Part shown: positions 18,023 to 28,615 of the stretch, in pieces
Numbering within the stretch: the first letter of the stretch is position 1
Layout of the letters: each line of letters starts with the position of its first letter
From: Rhodospirillaceae bacterium
Lineage (GTDB): Bacteria > Pseudomonadota > Gammaproteobacteria > Steroidobacterales > Rariloculaceae
DNA length: 45,328 nucleotides
Reading direction: 5' to 3'
Assembly (NCBI GenBank): GCA_024640685.1
Contig: JAHEEN010000004.1
Span: 1 to 45,328, forward strand
The notes under the pieces: generated by a model
What the model was told of the DNA's origin: nothing
Database searches by the model: none
Seen by the model: the letters and a program-made list of their open reading frames with translations, nothing else
Translations under genes and position numbers: made by a program

Positions 18023-21000
18023 AGCCGCTGCGGCTCGGGTTCACGATCGCTGCGTTCGTCGGAGGTGTCGTCGTTCTCGGTATCGGATTTGCCGCGTGGC
18101 TCGCGACGACGGAATCCGGAACGGCCTGGCTCGCCGCGCGGCTCGAGCAGCGTATTCCCGGAGCGGTCGCGTTCGGCTCAGTCGGCGGCACGTTTTGGAA
18201 TGGCATCGAGCTCACTGACGTTACCGTCTCGACCGATGCTACGTCTGTGGTAGTCGATGTTGCCGAGCTCGAGATCTCGCTCGCCGAGTTGCTGCAGCGT
18301 CGAATCATCGTCAACCGGCTCGACGTCGGCACGATTCGCTACGAGCAGCGCGCAGCGACCAGCGACACGCGAGAGCCTATCAACGTGCCGGTGGAGATGG
18401 TCGTCGATGCGGGCACGATCGAGACGTTGACGATCGTGCTCGACGGCGAAGCGCGTACGCTTGGCCCGGTGACATTCGTCGGCCACGTCGGGGGTGACAC
18501 GATCGTCATTACAGAGCTCGAGGGATCGGCGCTCGGTTTCGAGATTCAGGGTGCCGCGACGATCGTGCTCGACGATGAGCTCGAGATCGACACGGCTTTC
18601 GAGTGGTCGACCGTGCGCGACGGTACCGAGTATTCGGGTCGCGGTGGGGTTGTCGGCACGTGGCCAACGCTGAGTGTGAACCAAGATATCGCCGTACCAG
18701 TTGAGCTCGAAGCCATCGGCAGTATCTCCTTCGGCGAAACGCCGAACGCCGAGCTCGAACTGACTTGGGATGACGTACAGTGGCCCTGGGCGGTGGATAT
18801 CCAAAGCGCTGATGGACAACTGCAGGTCGCTGGGTGGCTAGACAGCGTCGCGTTCGAGGGCGATGCAAGTATCGTCGTCGATGACATTGCTGCCGATATT
18901 GCGGTGACAGGGACGGCGACGCTAACAGAGATTGTTTTTGATCGCTTGGCTGCGGTCAGTCAGTTCGGTCGTGCGACGAGTTCGGGTCGCCTCGTTGTCT
19001 CACCGCTTGAATGGACGTTCGACGTAAGCGCCGAAGGCGTCGATCCCTCGGTGCGTCTGCCTGACTGGCCAGGCGCGGTTGATGTCGTCGGACGGCTGTC
19101 GGGGCATGTCGAGCCCGAGCTGGGCATCGCGCTGTCGGATGCGACGGTCTCGGGATCACTCCGTGAGCGGCCGCTCGATGCGACCGGCAGCGTTGCGTAC
19201 ACGGTGCCTGCCGCATGGCAGTTCGACGCATTGGTCGTCGAAACAGGCGGCAATCGTCTGGCGCTCGATGGCACTCTCGACGAAGCGATCGATCTCGAAA
19301 TTGATGTCGATGCGACGGATCTTGCCGGTCTGATCGATTCGGCGTCGGGCGCCTTAACCGTCGACGGCACGCTCACAGGATCGCGTCAGGACCCGGCGTT
19401 TCGCGGTGCGGCTACGGCTGCCGGTGTGACGTACGGCAGTTACGGTGCCGGCTCGGTTACGATCGACGGCGAGGTCATTGCCGATCAAGCGCGAACGATC
19501 GCACTGAATCTCGAAGCAAGCGGCGTGCAAGTCGGCGAGCGCGAGATCGAAACCGTCACGGGTCGCGTGCGCGGTAACGCGGGCGACCACGTCATCGACA
19601 TCGACATGACGGCCGAGTATGGCGATGCGACGTTCCAGGCGCGCGGCGCTTGGGACGATCAGACTTGGTCGGGGGATGTCTCCACGCTTGCGTTGACGGA
19701 GCCGACGCTCGGTCGTTGGCAGCTAGCCGCGCCGACCGCTGTGACGGCGACGCGGGCCATGCTCCTGGTCGAGCGCGCGTGCGTCAACCGAGAGCGAGCG
19801 AGCTTGTGCGCGAGCGCCCGTGTCGGCACAGACGACGACATGCTCGATCTCGTACTGCGTTCGTTCGACCTCGAAGTACTCGCTAGCGTGTTACCCGACG
19901 GTATCTCGATGTCTGGCGTATATGACGCCGACCTCGCGCTCATTGGGCCGCTGCGTCAACCGACCGGGCAGTTTTCGGCCAGCGGCGCGAACAGTGTCGT
20001 CACAATCCGCGAGCCCGATCAGCCGCCGCTGGAGATACAGATCGAGACCCTGCGAGCCGACGCGGAGCTCTCGCCGAGCGGAGACCTGAGCCTCGATATG
20101 GCGTTCGATAGCAGCAGCGGTGGCAGCTTCGACGTAGCCGCGAGCGTCATCGCTCTCTGGTCTGAGGCGCCAACCGTCGCGGGTGAGATCTCCGGACGCT
20201 GGCCGGATCTCGGATTTCTGTCGCTACTGAGTCCTGACGTTGGCGAGGTTGTTGGTAGCGGAAGCGTCAATCTGATGCTCGACGGCCCGCTGCGCGATCC
20301 GCAACTCAGCGGTAGCGCACGTTGGCTTGGCGGACGGCTCGAGGTGCCGCGATTTGGTTTTGTCGTCGACGGTATCGACGCGACTATTTCGAGCACCGGC
20401 GGCACCGAGTTATCCGTCGACGCATCGGGCAACGTAGGCTCGGGCCGTCTGTTGGTTACTGGCACGACCCAGCTCGACTCTGACGCAGGCTGGCCGACCC
20501 GGCTGCAGATCTTTGGCGAGCGGCTCGAAGCGGTGCGTTTGCCTGAGGCGCAGATTCTGCTCACACCGGCGCTTTTGGTTGAGGCGGCGTTGCCGAACAT
20601 CAATGTGTCGGGCGCATTCTTGGTTCCGCAAGCACGACTGATGCTAGACGAGCTGCCGGAACAGGCTGCCGCGCCGTCGCCGGACACGGTCGTCCACGAC
20701 GTTGCGCGCGAGGCGGGACCGCGACCATTGAATGTTCGTGCCGATATTCGCGTCGGTCTCGGAGATGACGTGCGCTACATGGGCGCGGGTCTCGACGTCG
20801 CACTCGCCGGTGCGATGGGGGTGTCGTACCAGTCTGGCGAGGCCGCCATTGCATCCGGTGCCGTCACACTGTCGGGCCAGTATCAAGCCTATGGCCAGAC
20901 GCTAGAGATCGAGGAGGGTCGGTTGCTGTTTGCCGGGCCTATTGCGAATCCGAATCTCGACGTGCGGGCCATTCGTCGGATTGATGAGACGATAGCCGGC

Positions 21001-21429
21001 ATTCAATTGAGCGGCACCGTCGAAGCTCCGGTCAGCCGCGTGTTCTCGGAGCCGGCAATGCCGGAGGCCGACGCCTTAGCATACTTACTGCTCGGTCGTC
21101 CGCTGGCTGGGACTGGCGACGAGGAGACGGCAACGCTCGAGACTGCAGCGTTTGCAATGGGCCTTCAGCAAGCGCTGCCCGCCATTCAGCGCGTCGGTGA
21201 TTCGCTCGGTCTCGACGAGTTCGGCGTGCAGACGACGAGCGCCGACACCGGTGAGCTCATGGCCGGTAAGCGCATCAGCCCACGTGTCTATATTCGCTAC
21301 ACGTACGGGCTCTTCAATCGTATCGGCGGTGTGTTGATGCGGTTCAATCTCAACAACCGAGTCAGTCTCGAAACGCGCTCGGGCGACTATCGGTCGATGG
21401 ATCTTATTTACACTGTTGAGCGTGACTGA
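18019..21429 (+). CDS. tamB: Translocation/assembly module TamB
   Basis: GTGA overlap with tamA and an N-terminal TM segment. C-terminal DUF490 (Y.AYGQ.L.I..GRL.F.GP..NP.LDV.A.R; ALAYLLLGR). Confidence 0.9.
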   Translation: MKPLRLGFTIAAFVGGVVVLGIGFAAWLATTESGTAWLAARLEQRIPGAVAFGSVGGTFWNGIELTDVTVSTDATSVVVDVAELEISLAELLQRRIIVNRLDVGTIRYEQRAATSDTREPINVPVEMVVDAGTIETLTIVLDGEARTLGPVTFVGHVGGDTIVITELEGSALGFEIQGAATIVLDDELEIDTAFEWSTVRDGTEYSGRGGVVGTWPTLSVNQDIAVPVELEAIGSISFGETPNAELELTWDDVQWPWAVDIQSADGQLQVAGWLDSVAFEGDASIVVDDIAADIAVTGTATLTEIVFDRLAAVSQFGRATSSGRLVVSPLEWTFDVSAEGVDPSVRLPDWPGAVDVVGRLSGHVEPELGIALSDATVSGSLRERPLDATGSVAYTVPAAWQFDALVVETGGNRLALDGTLDEAIDLEIDVDATDLAGLIDSASGALTVDGTLTGSRQDPAFRGAATAAGVTYGSYGAGSVTIDGEVIADQARTIALNLEASGVQVGEREIETVTGRVRGNAGDHVIDIDMTAEYGDATFQARGAWDDQTWSGDVSTLALTEPTLGRWQLAAPTAVTATRAMLLVERACVNRERASLCASARVGTDDDMLDLVLRSFDLEVLASVLPDGISMSGVYDADLALIGPLRQPTGQFSASGANSVVTIREPDQPPLEIQIETLRADAELSPSGDLSLDMAFDSSSGGSFDVAASVIALWSEAPTVAGEISGRWPDLGFLSLLSPDVGEVVGSGSVNLMLDGPLRDPQLSGSARWLGGRLEVPRFGFVVDGIDATISSTGGTELSVDASGNVGSGRLLVTGTTQLDSDAGWPTRLQIFGERLEAVRLPEAQILLTPALLVEAALPNINVSGAFLVPQARLMLDELPEQAAAPSPDTVVHDVAREAGPRPLNVRADIRVGLGDDVRYMGAGLDVALAGAMGVSYQSGEAAIASGAVTLSGQYQAYGQTLEIEEGRLLFAGPIANPNLDVRAIRRIDETIAGIQLSGTVEAPVSRVFSEPAMPEADALAYLLLGRPLAGTGDEETATLETAAFAMGLQQALPAIQRVGDSLGLDEFGVQTTSADTGELMAGKRISPRVYIRYTYGLFNRIGGVLMRFNLNNRVSLETRSGDYRSMDLIYTVERD

Positions 21430-21886
21430 CGCGATCCTTCTACCGTGTCAGTTCGGACGCTCAATTAGATGGTCCGGCCGCGGGCGTTCCGCGATCGAAT
21501 GCTTCGAGGTGCTAAGAAATCCTCCCGCGGAAGGATTTTCGAACTCCCGTGCGGCATCGCCGGATGGGAGGACAGAAACGCCGTCCGGATTGATGAAGCA
21601 GCATGAGGTTCTCGAGCGATGTCTCACCGCCCAATGCGCAACGACCGCCTGGCATAGGCTCTAGCTGCCGAATCGAACGATTCTAGCGTTCCCCGTCGCT
21701 GACAACGCGCGCAATGAGCTGCAATTCGGTGTTCGTGCTCGAATCGGCGCGGGGAGGGTCGAGGATTGCGCTCATTGATCGATTCGGCAGGACCTTTTCG
21801 TGACTTCAATCACACTGAATCCGACTTATTCCGTTAACACTTAACATGCTCACCCGTACGCAAGACAGGACAGGGAGCTTCAAGCT

Positions 21887-22312
21887 GTGGACAATGCATT
21901 TACAGACACCGTTCCTAACGTTCTACTAGCCGCGGCTGAGGAAGATACGGCTGACACGGCGGAATTGCCTGTACTGGCGCCTACAGCGTCACAACAGTTT
22001 GAGAAGTATTCGAAAGCCTTCTTACGTTTCTACAGAGCTCGAAGAATCTTATCCGGCAATCGCAACATCAATACCGTAACTCGAGAACGTGCACTCTACG
22101 CCTGGCAGTATCTTGCGACTTTGGCGCCGATCGAGTTACCGCCGACACTTAGAGATCCCTATCGCGAAGTCTCCGAGCTTGCTGGTCAGCTAGATCAGGG
22201 AAGCGCGTCTCAGTCACCCGTCAAGCTGGTTGCGAATGTTTTGAAGCTAACCCTTTCTATCGACGAAACCGTGGACGACCTGCTAGCGGAAACTGAGAAG
22301 CCGTCCACCTAG
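21887..22312 (+). CDS. Hypothetical protein
   Basis: 141-aa ORF with GGAG upstream, in the lower-GC tract. No recognisable motif. Confidence 0.55.
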   Translation: MDNAFTDTVPNVLLAAAEEDTADTAELPVLAPTASQQFEKYSKAFLRFYRARRILSGNRNINTVTRERALYAWQYLATLAPIELPPTLRDPYREVSELAGQLDQGSASQSPVKLVANVLKLTLSIDETVDDLLAETEKPST

Positions 22313-22412
22313 GGTGGAAGAGGCCCCGTCCAAACACGAAAAGAAATCTCTCGAAACCAATGAGCTGCGGTTTTTTTCTAGTGCTTGTATAGAGCTCGAG
22401 TTGCGTCGCTCA

Positions 22413-22784
22413 CTATAGCGCTAGAGTCGAATATCCGTTGCGTCTCTCGAGCACGGCGATGACGTGCCGAATACTGTTAGTTGGAGTTGTGCGCGCGACC
22501 ACGCGGTAGCCATTAATTTCTGGCGGCCCCAACAGACAGTCGCTGAACTCGGAACAGATTTTAGCTACCTGTTCTGCCTTTATATCCGATTGCGCTTCTG
22601 ACTCAACAGCTGAAACCACAATGCTATTTCCTTCGGCATCGATCACGTTCGTGAGTGTCACCATGCCATCCATGCCCATTATTGTCGGCAACAATTCCTG
22701 TGCCTTGGCCTCCGCTTCGGCAATGGATTCCAGCTTCATCGTGTATGTAGATATCCGTGCAAACAGGGGGGCTCTCTCTTTCAC
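22413..22784 (-). CDS. Dimeric alpha-beta barrel (antibiotic-biosynthesis-monooxygenase-like) protein, possibly degenerate
   Basis: FARISTY.MK...E......LLP.I.GM.G pattern. The expected start appears as CTG near 22766. Confidence 0.5.
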   Translation of the reverse strand: MKERAPLFARISTYTMKLESIAEAEAKAQELLPTIMGMDGMVTLTNVIDAEGNSIVVSAVESEAQSDIKAEQVAKICSEFSDCLLGPPEINGYRVVARTTPTNSIRHVIAVLERRNGYSTLAL

Positions 22785-22934
22785 ATCTCTCTTTAAATTA
22801 GCTGGGCGATGCTATCTCGCTGAGCATCACTTCGGTCGCTCTAGGGCGTCCACTCAACGTTGAGAAAATATCGCCCCAATGTCGGCATTTCTCCCGCGAG
22901 TTATCTCTAACCTACGTTAAATCTTCGTTTCTCC

Positions 22935-23025
22935 GGCTACGGCCGCTTCCGAGCGCACTCGAGATATTGGTTCGAGCTACGTTAGCGACCTGCCTAACGG
23001 TGAAGTCCAGCGAGTTGCGGACGTT
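22935..23025 (+). repeat. Paired degenerate palindromic repeat (GTCCGCTT...AGCGGAC family)
   Basis: GGCTACGGCCGCTTCCGAGCGCA matches 23962-23984 at 21/23 positions. A second, degenerate unit ends GCGGACGTT about 57 bp downstream. Confidence 0.6.
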
Positions 23026-23238
23026 TTCGCGAGGACACTGCCGGTTGGCCCTGCTGTCTCGATGTAGAGGCTCTCGGAGGCGCCTCATCGGGCGACATTG
23101 CCAAAACTTCCTCTCCGCGGCATTTCGCCGCGACCGCATTCATGGGCAGAAACTCGGTCTACCGCCGCGCTATTTTGTGAGCTAGTTCACAAGAAAACGA
23201 TGAAGACGCCAGCAGACTTCAACATAACGTAACCAGAA

Positions 23239-23856
23239 GTGAATTCCGCCGCTATGTATTGCCGAATATTTGCAATTGCTCTTACCGCAAACACAGTAAT
23301 GGGCTGCGCAATGATGCAGGATTTCGCCACCCTTCGATCTGTTGATTTTCAGCTTGAAGGAATTGCCCAGGGGCGCCTAGCTGGAATCGATCTCTCCCGC
23401 GCTCGATCGTCATCGGACTTGAGTATAAGCGACGGCGCCCGTGTCGAATCCGCGCTAATGCGCGGCGAACTGCCACTGTCGTTTCAGATCCAGGTACGCG
23501 CTGAGAACCCGATCCGGAACCGCGTTGCCGCACGACTTTTGCGATTGCAATGGACCTTGTTTTTAGACGACACGGAGACGATTTCGGGTCAGACTGCGCC
23601 CGGCTACAGATTACTGCCCGGCGAACCGACGACTGTTCCGATCGAAATTTCGCTCGATCTGCTCGAATTCTACGAGCCAAATAGCCAGGACCTCATCGAA
23701 CTCGCGATTAGCTTAGCCGGAGCTGGTGCAATACCAGAAAAAATTGCGGTCCGTGCGGTGCCAACTATAAATACGCGCCTGGGAGCGATCACGTATCCAG
23801 GGCCGATCAGGATTGCATCTGACTCCGTTGGACGCACATTTGTAGCTCAAAACTAA
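23239..23856 (+). CDS. LEA type 2 (WHy)-like lipoprotein
   Basis: Lipobox VMGC. LPLSF...VRAENP and L.RLQWTLFLDD.ETISG motifs. Confidence 0.7.
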   Translation: MNSAAMYCRIFAIALTANTVMGCAMMQDFATLRSVDFQLEGIAQGRLAGIDLSRARSSSDLSISDGARVESALMRGELPLSFQIQVRAENPIRNRVAARLLRLQWTLFLDDTETISGQTAPGYRLLPGEPTTVPIEISLDLLEFYEPNSQDLIELAISLAGAGAIPEKIAVRAVPTINTRLGAITYPGPIRIASDSVGRTFVAQN

Positions 23857-23961
23857 CGAACGCGACAGGCTAGCCGCGAACTAACCTTCAAGAAGTATTT
23901 CCGACAACGATCTACCGATACAGAAGTTCGCGACTAATGGTTGTCAACTTTTTGTTTCGAA

Positions 23962-24040
23962 GGCTACGTCCGCTTCGGAGCGCAGAGCAGACCGTTCGCT
24001 ATCCTCAACTAGCGTGCTGGCTAGGGACGGCTTGTGGCCG
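23962..24040 (+). repeat. Paired degenerate palindromic repeat
   Basis: GTCCGCTTCGGAGCGCAGAGCAGAC (23968) and GACGGCTTGTGGCCG (24026), 58 bp apart. Confidence 0.6.
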
Positions 24041-24065
24041 TTGAATCAGTATCCAGGAACCATTG

Positions 24066-25130
24066 CTAGTTCAACTCTTGCTCTACTTCACATGCGTAGC
24101 TATTAACGGATATCTCAGGTCTCCATATCCATGCCGTTGTTTGAGTGACCGGGGACTCCAACATGACTGGATCGGTCACTTCGATCTCATAGTCTAGTCT
24201 GCTTCCATCCGCGCTTGGCCTGAAAATCTCGAGCAGCTCAATCTCGGAACTTACCGGCAGCTCATACGTGCTCTCGGTGATATGGTTAGTTCGAATGACT
24301 AAGGCATCGCCATCCCAGCGACCGACCGAATGTCCCATTAGGGTATGCTCCTGCGGCACCTCTGCTTCGTCCGGATTCATATAGATAATCCGCCTAGAAT
24401 CGTTTTCCTCAAAGTGAATCACGATGTTCTCGCCATCTCGGACGAATTCCATCGGTAGCGGATTATTCATGAGTCTGGGCATATTCCAGTCCGTGCAACC
24501 AAGAATAAAATTGGCGGCTGGGTCCCATTCATCACGAACCGCTCGACCTTGAGCAGTAAATGGAAAGCTGTCAATTTCCTCATTGTTAAAGATCCCTCCC
24601 TCGTCAACTCGCAGCCTTTCTCCAATCCGGCTCCAGACCCGAAAGATCCCGTCGGCAGTTCGCCGCGCTATCTCGACGGCCTCCTCGTCGTAAGCGCCTT
24701 CCAGAAGTTCAACATCACCGTTAGCGGAAAAATACTCTCTGGCCCCAAGAGTGAGCAGAACCTCCTCTCCACTCGCCAACAGTATGTTCCTCGCAAACAT
24801 CTCTGGGCGGTTCCGCATCGACTGATCGCCGAGAATCTTGACGTTATCGCCGATGCTGAGGATTTCGCTGGTAATACCCTGGGCCCTAAGAACACCCAGC
24901 GCTCCAGACTCGACATGCCATCGGATCGTCTCGCCTCGTTCATCCTGAACATCAAGTTCAAAGATTGTGTGAGGATTCCTCCACTGAATTGCTCTAATTA
25001 CGCCTTCGATCTCTACTTTCACATCTGGATTGAAGAAAGCACGAGTCGAGTGATGAGCCAAGGATTCCGAAGGAAGGAGTAGAACCACAAATATCGCTAT
25101 GGATGACGCCTCGGCTCGATAGCAAAACAT
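24066..25130 (-). CDS. Secreted DUF6152-domain fusion protein
   Basis: AHHS, WRNPH, GC..WNMP and GHSVGRWDGDALVI motifs, ending YAC. Confidence 0.8.
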   Translation of the reverse strand: MFCYRAEASSIAIFVVLLLPSESLAHHSTRAFFNPDVKVEIEGVIRAIQWRNPHTIFELDVQDERGETIRWHVESGALGVLRAQGITSEILSIGDNVKILGDQSMRNRPEMFARNILLASGEEVLLTLGAREYFSANGDVELLEGAYDEEAVEIARRTADGIFRVWSRIGERLRVDEGGIFNNEEIDSFPFTAQGRAVRDEWDPAANFILGCTDWNMPRLMNNPLPMEFVRDGENIVIHFEENDSRRIIYMNPDEAEVPQEHTLMGHSVGRWDGDALVIRTNHITESTYELPVSSEIELLEIFRPSADGSRLDYEIEVTDPVMLESPVTQTTAWIWRPEISVNSYACEVEQELN

Positions 25131-25151
25131 TAGATTTCTCCCTCTGCGGAA

Positions 25152-25274
25152 GGTCGGCTTTCGGCCAGCTTGAGCTATCCGCTCAATGCTGAGAAGATAT
25201 CATCGGAAGTTCCGCTTTAGAGCGTTTTCTCGCTGTGAACGAAAGTTGACTCTTGGCTTCGGGCGCTTAGCGAT
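25152..25274 (+). repeat. Cluster of degenerate palindromic repeats
   Basis: GTCGGCTTTCGGCC (25153), TTCCGCTTTAGAGCG (25210) and TTGGCTTCGGGCGCTTAGCG (25253). Confidence 0.55.
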
Positions 25275-25279
25275 CTCCG

Positions 25280-26146
25280 TCATCTTTCGAATACTATCGG
25301 CTCAACTTCGACCTGTGTGTCGGCAGAGACGCTGATCGAGTGGTTCAACGGCACTGGCCTCCAATTGCTTCGGTCATCGGTTAACGGCTCGGAGGCAATG
25401 ATTACGGTACTGGCCTGGCTCATATCGCCCAGCATTTGATACTGCCCGTCCCGAACCTCGAATCGCTCACCCTGGGTGATATAGAGTGTCTCGGCGTGAC
25501 TGTCAGAGGCGGTCACGTAGCGGGTCGCGAGCAAACTATTGCCGTCGGTGACACACAGATTCAGTCGTGAAGCCTCGGTAACTCCCCCATCCTCAAGCCA
25601 GGTCTCTAAGAGTCCGATCGTTCGCTCCATGGCTAGCCGCCAGCTCTCGAGTGCACGGGTATCCTCATAGCGGCTGAGCTCATTCAAGAACAACCCGAAA
25701 ACGTGCTCCGAGTCCGTCGTCCCCTGAATCAGATCATAGTACTCGTCGCCTAAATGTTGTCTCAGCCGCCGTCTTATTGTTTTGAAACCCGCGACTCGTC
25801 CGTTGTGCATCCATAGGAAGTCCCCATGCAGAAACGGATGACAGTTCAGCTCAGTGACAGGCATCCCCGGTGACGCAGCACGTACGTGAGCGAATATACA
25901 GGTCGACCGTACTTTATCTGCCAGTCGACGCAGATTGCGATTGGCCCAGGCCGGTTGGATACTGGTAAAGACGCATGGTGTCGAGTCGATCTCTTTTGTA
26001 TACCAACCGACTCCAAAGCCATCACCATTCAGCGGTTCCTCGCGCTCGCGAGCACGGAAACTCTGATGAATCAGCGATTGCTCGGCGCGCGTCAGAAGGT
26101 CCGCTAGGAAGATCGGCTGACCCTTGTAGGCGACGAATCGACACAT
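25280..26146 (-). CDS. Class II glutamine amidotransferase (EgtC/YafJ/DUG3-like)
   Basis: N-terminal MCR nucleophile. NGDGFGVGWY, FAHVRAAS, NCHPF, MHNG, GTTDSE and ASEPL motifs. Confidence 0.9.
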   Translation of the reverse strand: MCRFVAYKGQPIFLADLLTRAEQSLIHQSFRAREREEPLNGDGFGVGWYTKEIDSTPCVFTSIQPAWANRNLRRLADKVRSTCIFAHVRAASPGMPVTELNCHPFLHGDFLWMHNGRVAGFKTIRRRLRQHLGDEYYDLIQGTTDSEHVFGLFLNELSRYEDTRALESWRLAMERTIGLLETWLEDGGVTEASRLNLCVTDGNSLLATRYVTASDSHAETLYITQGERFEVRDGQYQMLGDMSQASTVIIASEPLTDDRSNWRPVPLNHSISVSADTQVEVEPIVFER

Positions 26147-26858
26147 GAGGTCTAGCGCCGCAAGTGCCTAACTCGAACCTTCATGCCTAGAATCTCTTTG
26201 CCCGCCCCGGTTGGCCGGAGCAATTGCCGTCGATCCTGTCCCTATGCCAACAATAGCTCACTATGACGCCGACGTTCGCGAGCGTGTTGACCGTTTGTCC
26301 GCGATCAGTTTCTTCATGTTTCTGTTTGGTTGCCGTTGCTGATCGGCAGCCAACGGTCATTTAAGCCGTCAGCTTGACGCAGAGAATATATCACTACAAC
26401 TTCCGCTTTGAAGCTGCTTTTTGTCCTTATCCGACGCTAACGATACGAGTAGCGCTACGAGATTAGGGATGCTCGGATCGAATTGAAGCGTTAGCGATCA
26501 CAAGCCCTGTAGTGTCACAGAAATGCATCCAGCGTCAGCTGTCGGTCCGCAGAAAGGCGCATAGCTTTCACCCTCCCGGCGTGGCAATCAATCCGTGCAT
26601 AAGGAGTGGAGGGCCTCATTACCTAGCGTCAACTGCCCTAGGCTCGGTCTGAACAACTGCTTCGGGGCAAGTTCGAGACGTCGATTATTGGCGCGTTACT
26701 GATATTCATTACTAGTAATAACGCCCCAAAATGATCAATCGCGGCAACGGACTCAATTTGACAAATTATCGATAGATGCCAGAAACGTGACGGACTTGTA
26801 GTTTTGACGGCTGACAAACACTAGTCTCAAGACCAGCAATATCGAGTAAGGCGTCACT

Positions 26859-27095
26859 ATGAGGCAAGTCCGCCGGAAGGAGGCTACGGCCGCTAGAAAA
26901 CCAGAGCGCGAGCGAGAACGTCGCGATGATGTCCCTGTTTTGGAGGATGATGCTGTACTTGAGGTTCTTGAAGCAGCGCGTGAGATAAATGCTAGGCAGG
27001 AACATGGTGGCGATCCGATTAAGGGAGTAGGCATTGCGGTGATTGTTGGAGCGGCCGTATGGGCTTCCTTGGCCGCTGCCCTCGTATTGTTCTGA
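26859..27095 (+). CDS. Small membrane-anchored hypothetical protein
   Basis: Charged N-terminus followed by a C-terminal TM helix (GDPIKGVGIAVIVGAAVWASL). Confidence 0.5.
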   Translation: MRQVRRKEATAARKPERERERRDDVPVLEDDAVLEVLEAAREINARQEHGGDPIKGVGIAVIVGAAVWASLAAALVLF

Positions 27096-27125
27096 TACCG
27101 AATCCGTAGCCTTGGATCTGCATCG

Positions 27126-28508
27126 TCATGTCAGCCACGGCAGCGCCAGTGTTGCAAGACCCAGGACGAGAAAGAAGCCGCACATGTCAGTGACGGTCGT
27201 CAGCACCGGTCCCGACGCCAGCGCCGGATCTGCGCGCACTGCCTTGAGCAACAGCGGCACTGTGCCGCCTAATGACACAGCGACAAACGTGTTGATCGCG
27301 AGCGCCGCGCCGATCACGACGCCGAGCAACGCGTTGCCTTGCCAGAGATAAGCGGCGACTCCGAGCAGAAACCCGAGCGCTACGCCGTTCATCAGCCCGA
27401 CCGATGCTTCCTGCCACCAGACGCGCAGCGCGTCGCGGGGCTCGATGATCCCGAGCGTGAGCTCGCGCATCGTCACGGCAATCGCCTGGTTGCCCGAGCA
27501 GCCGCTCATGTCCGAGACGATCGGCAGAAACACCGCGAGTACGATCAACGCGCTCAACGTATCTTGAAACATTGCGATGACGCTGGCTGCAATAATGTTC
27601 AGGACAATATTGATGCTGAGCCACGACAATCGCCGCTTCGAGCGCGTGACCACGGGTAAATGTCGGAGCTCCTCACCGCCGACGATACCCTGCGATTTGA
27701 GCTGCTCATCCTGGGCGCGTTCTGCAATCGCATCCATGACGGCGTGTTGCCGCAAGCGCCCGACGAAGTGGCCGTCGCGATCGATGACCGGCGCGCCGAG
27801 CGTCTCGTAGCGCCGGAAGTAATCCTCGAGCTCGGTCAGTCCGGTGTCGACGCCGACGGGCTCGACAGCCTTGCTCAACGACGCGAGCGGCGTTTCGGGC
27901 TCGGCAAGCAGCACGTCGGCAATCTCGACGGCGCCCATCGGCTTGCGATCGACGTCGAGCAGGACCAGTCGTTGCGGCAGTTGCTCGACATCGTCACGTC
28001 GTTTACGAAGATCGACGAGAAAGTCGCCGACTGTTGCTGCGATCGGATAGACATAGAATTCGGTGCTCATCAGACCGCCGGCAACGTCTGCGGCGTAGGT
28101 GATCAAGCTGCGCATGCTGCCGGCGCGATCAGGGGGCATTTTGGCGAGGATCGCCTGGCGCTCGGGTGCTTCGATCTCCGCGAGCAGATCGGCGCCGTGG
28201 TCGCTGTCGAGCTCCTCGAAGATCTCCGCCGCCGCGCTCGCATCGAGCCGCTCGATCAGGTCCGCCGCGTGCACGTCGGGTAGGTCTTCGATGATTTCGG
28301 CGGCGCGATCAGCCGGCAATAACGCGACGAGCTGCTCTTGTTCCTCGCCGCTCAAGCGGAACAGCGCGCGGATTGTGGCGAGCGGCTCGAGGTCCTCGAG
28401 ATACGCAAGCAGTGCCTTGCCGTCTCCAGATGCGGTCAGGGATCTGAGCTTATCCCATGGTACATCCGGCATTACGCTTGCGTTACGGCTATCCGTCTCG
28501 TTGGCCAT
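27126..28508 (-). CDS. mgtE: Magnesium transporter MgtE
   Basis: MgtE N-domain, CBS pair (AGGLMSTE), RRLSWL, PIVSDMSGCSGNQA and DPALASGPVLTTVTDMCGF motifs. Confidence 0.93.
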   Translation of the reverse strand: MANETDSRNASVMPDVPWDKLRSLTASGDGKALLAYLEDLEPLATIRALFRLSGEEQEQLVALLPADRAAEIIEDLPDVHAADLIERLDASAAAEIFEELDSDHGADLLAEIEAPERQAILAKMPPDRAGSMRSLITYAADVAGGLMSTEFYVYPIAATVGDFLVDLRKRRDDVEQLPQRLVLLDVDRKPMGAVEIADVLLAEPETPLASLSKAVEPVGVDTGLTELEDYFRRYETLGAPVIDRDGHFVGRLRQHAVMDAIAERAQDEQLKSQGIVGGEELRHLPVVTRSKRRLSWLSINIVLNIIAASVIAMFQDTLSALIVLAVFLPIVSDMSGCSGNQAIAVTMRELTLGIIEPRDALRVWWQEASVGLMNGVALGFLLGVAAYLWQGNALLGVVIGAALAINTFVAVSLGGTVPLLLKAVRADPALASGPVLTTVTDMCGFFLVLGLATLALPWLT

Positions 28509-28615
28509 CGCCTACCTCTTCGACAACGCACGGTAAGTTTTTCCAGCGGTGAAACTGGTGGCGGCCACGATACTCCTGTCGGTCCGCCGTAGGAACCGAA
28601 GATCGACGGTCGACG

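Noticed and set aside
22320-22400. Possible att-site or tRNA remnant, or terminator
   Set aside because: A T-run is present, but there is no convincing stem, cloverleaf or matching direct repeat in the window.
22900-26700. Classical integron attC array or CRISPR array
   Set aside because: No consistent RYYYAAC...GTTRRRY boxes and no intI. Repeats are too degenerate and too widely spaced for CRISPR, and there are no cas genes.
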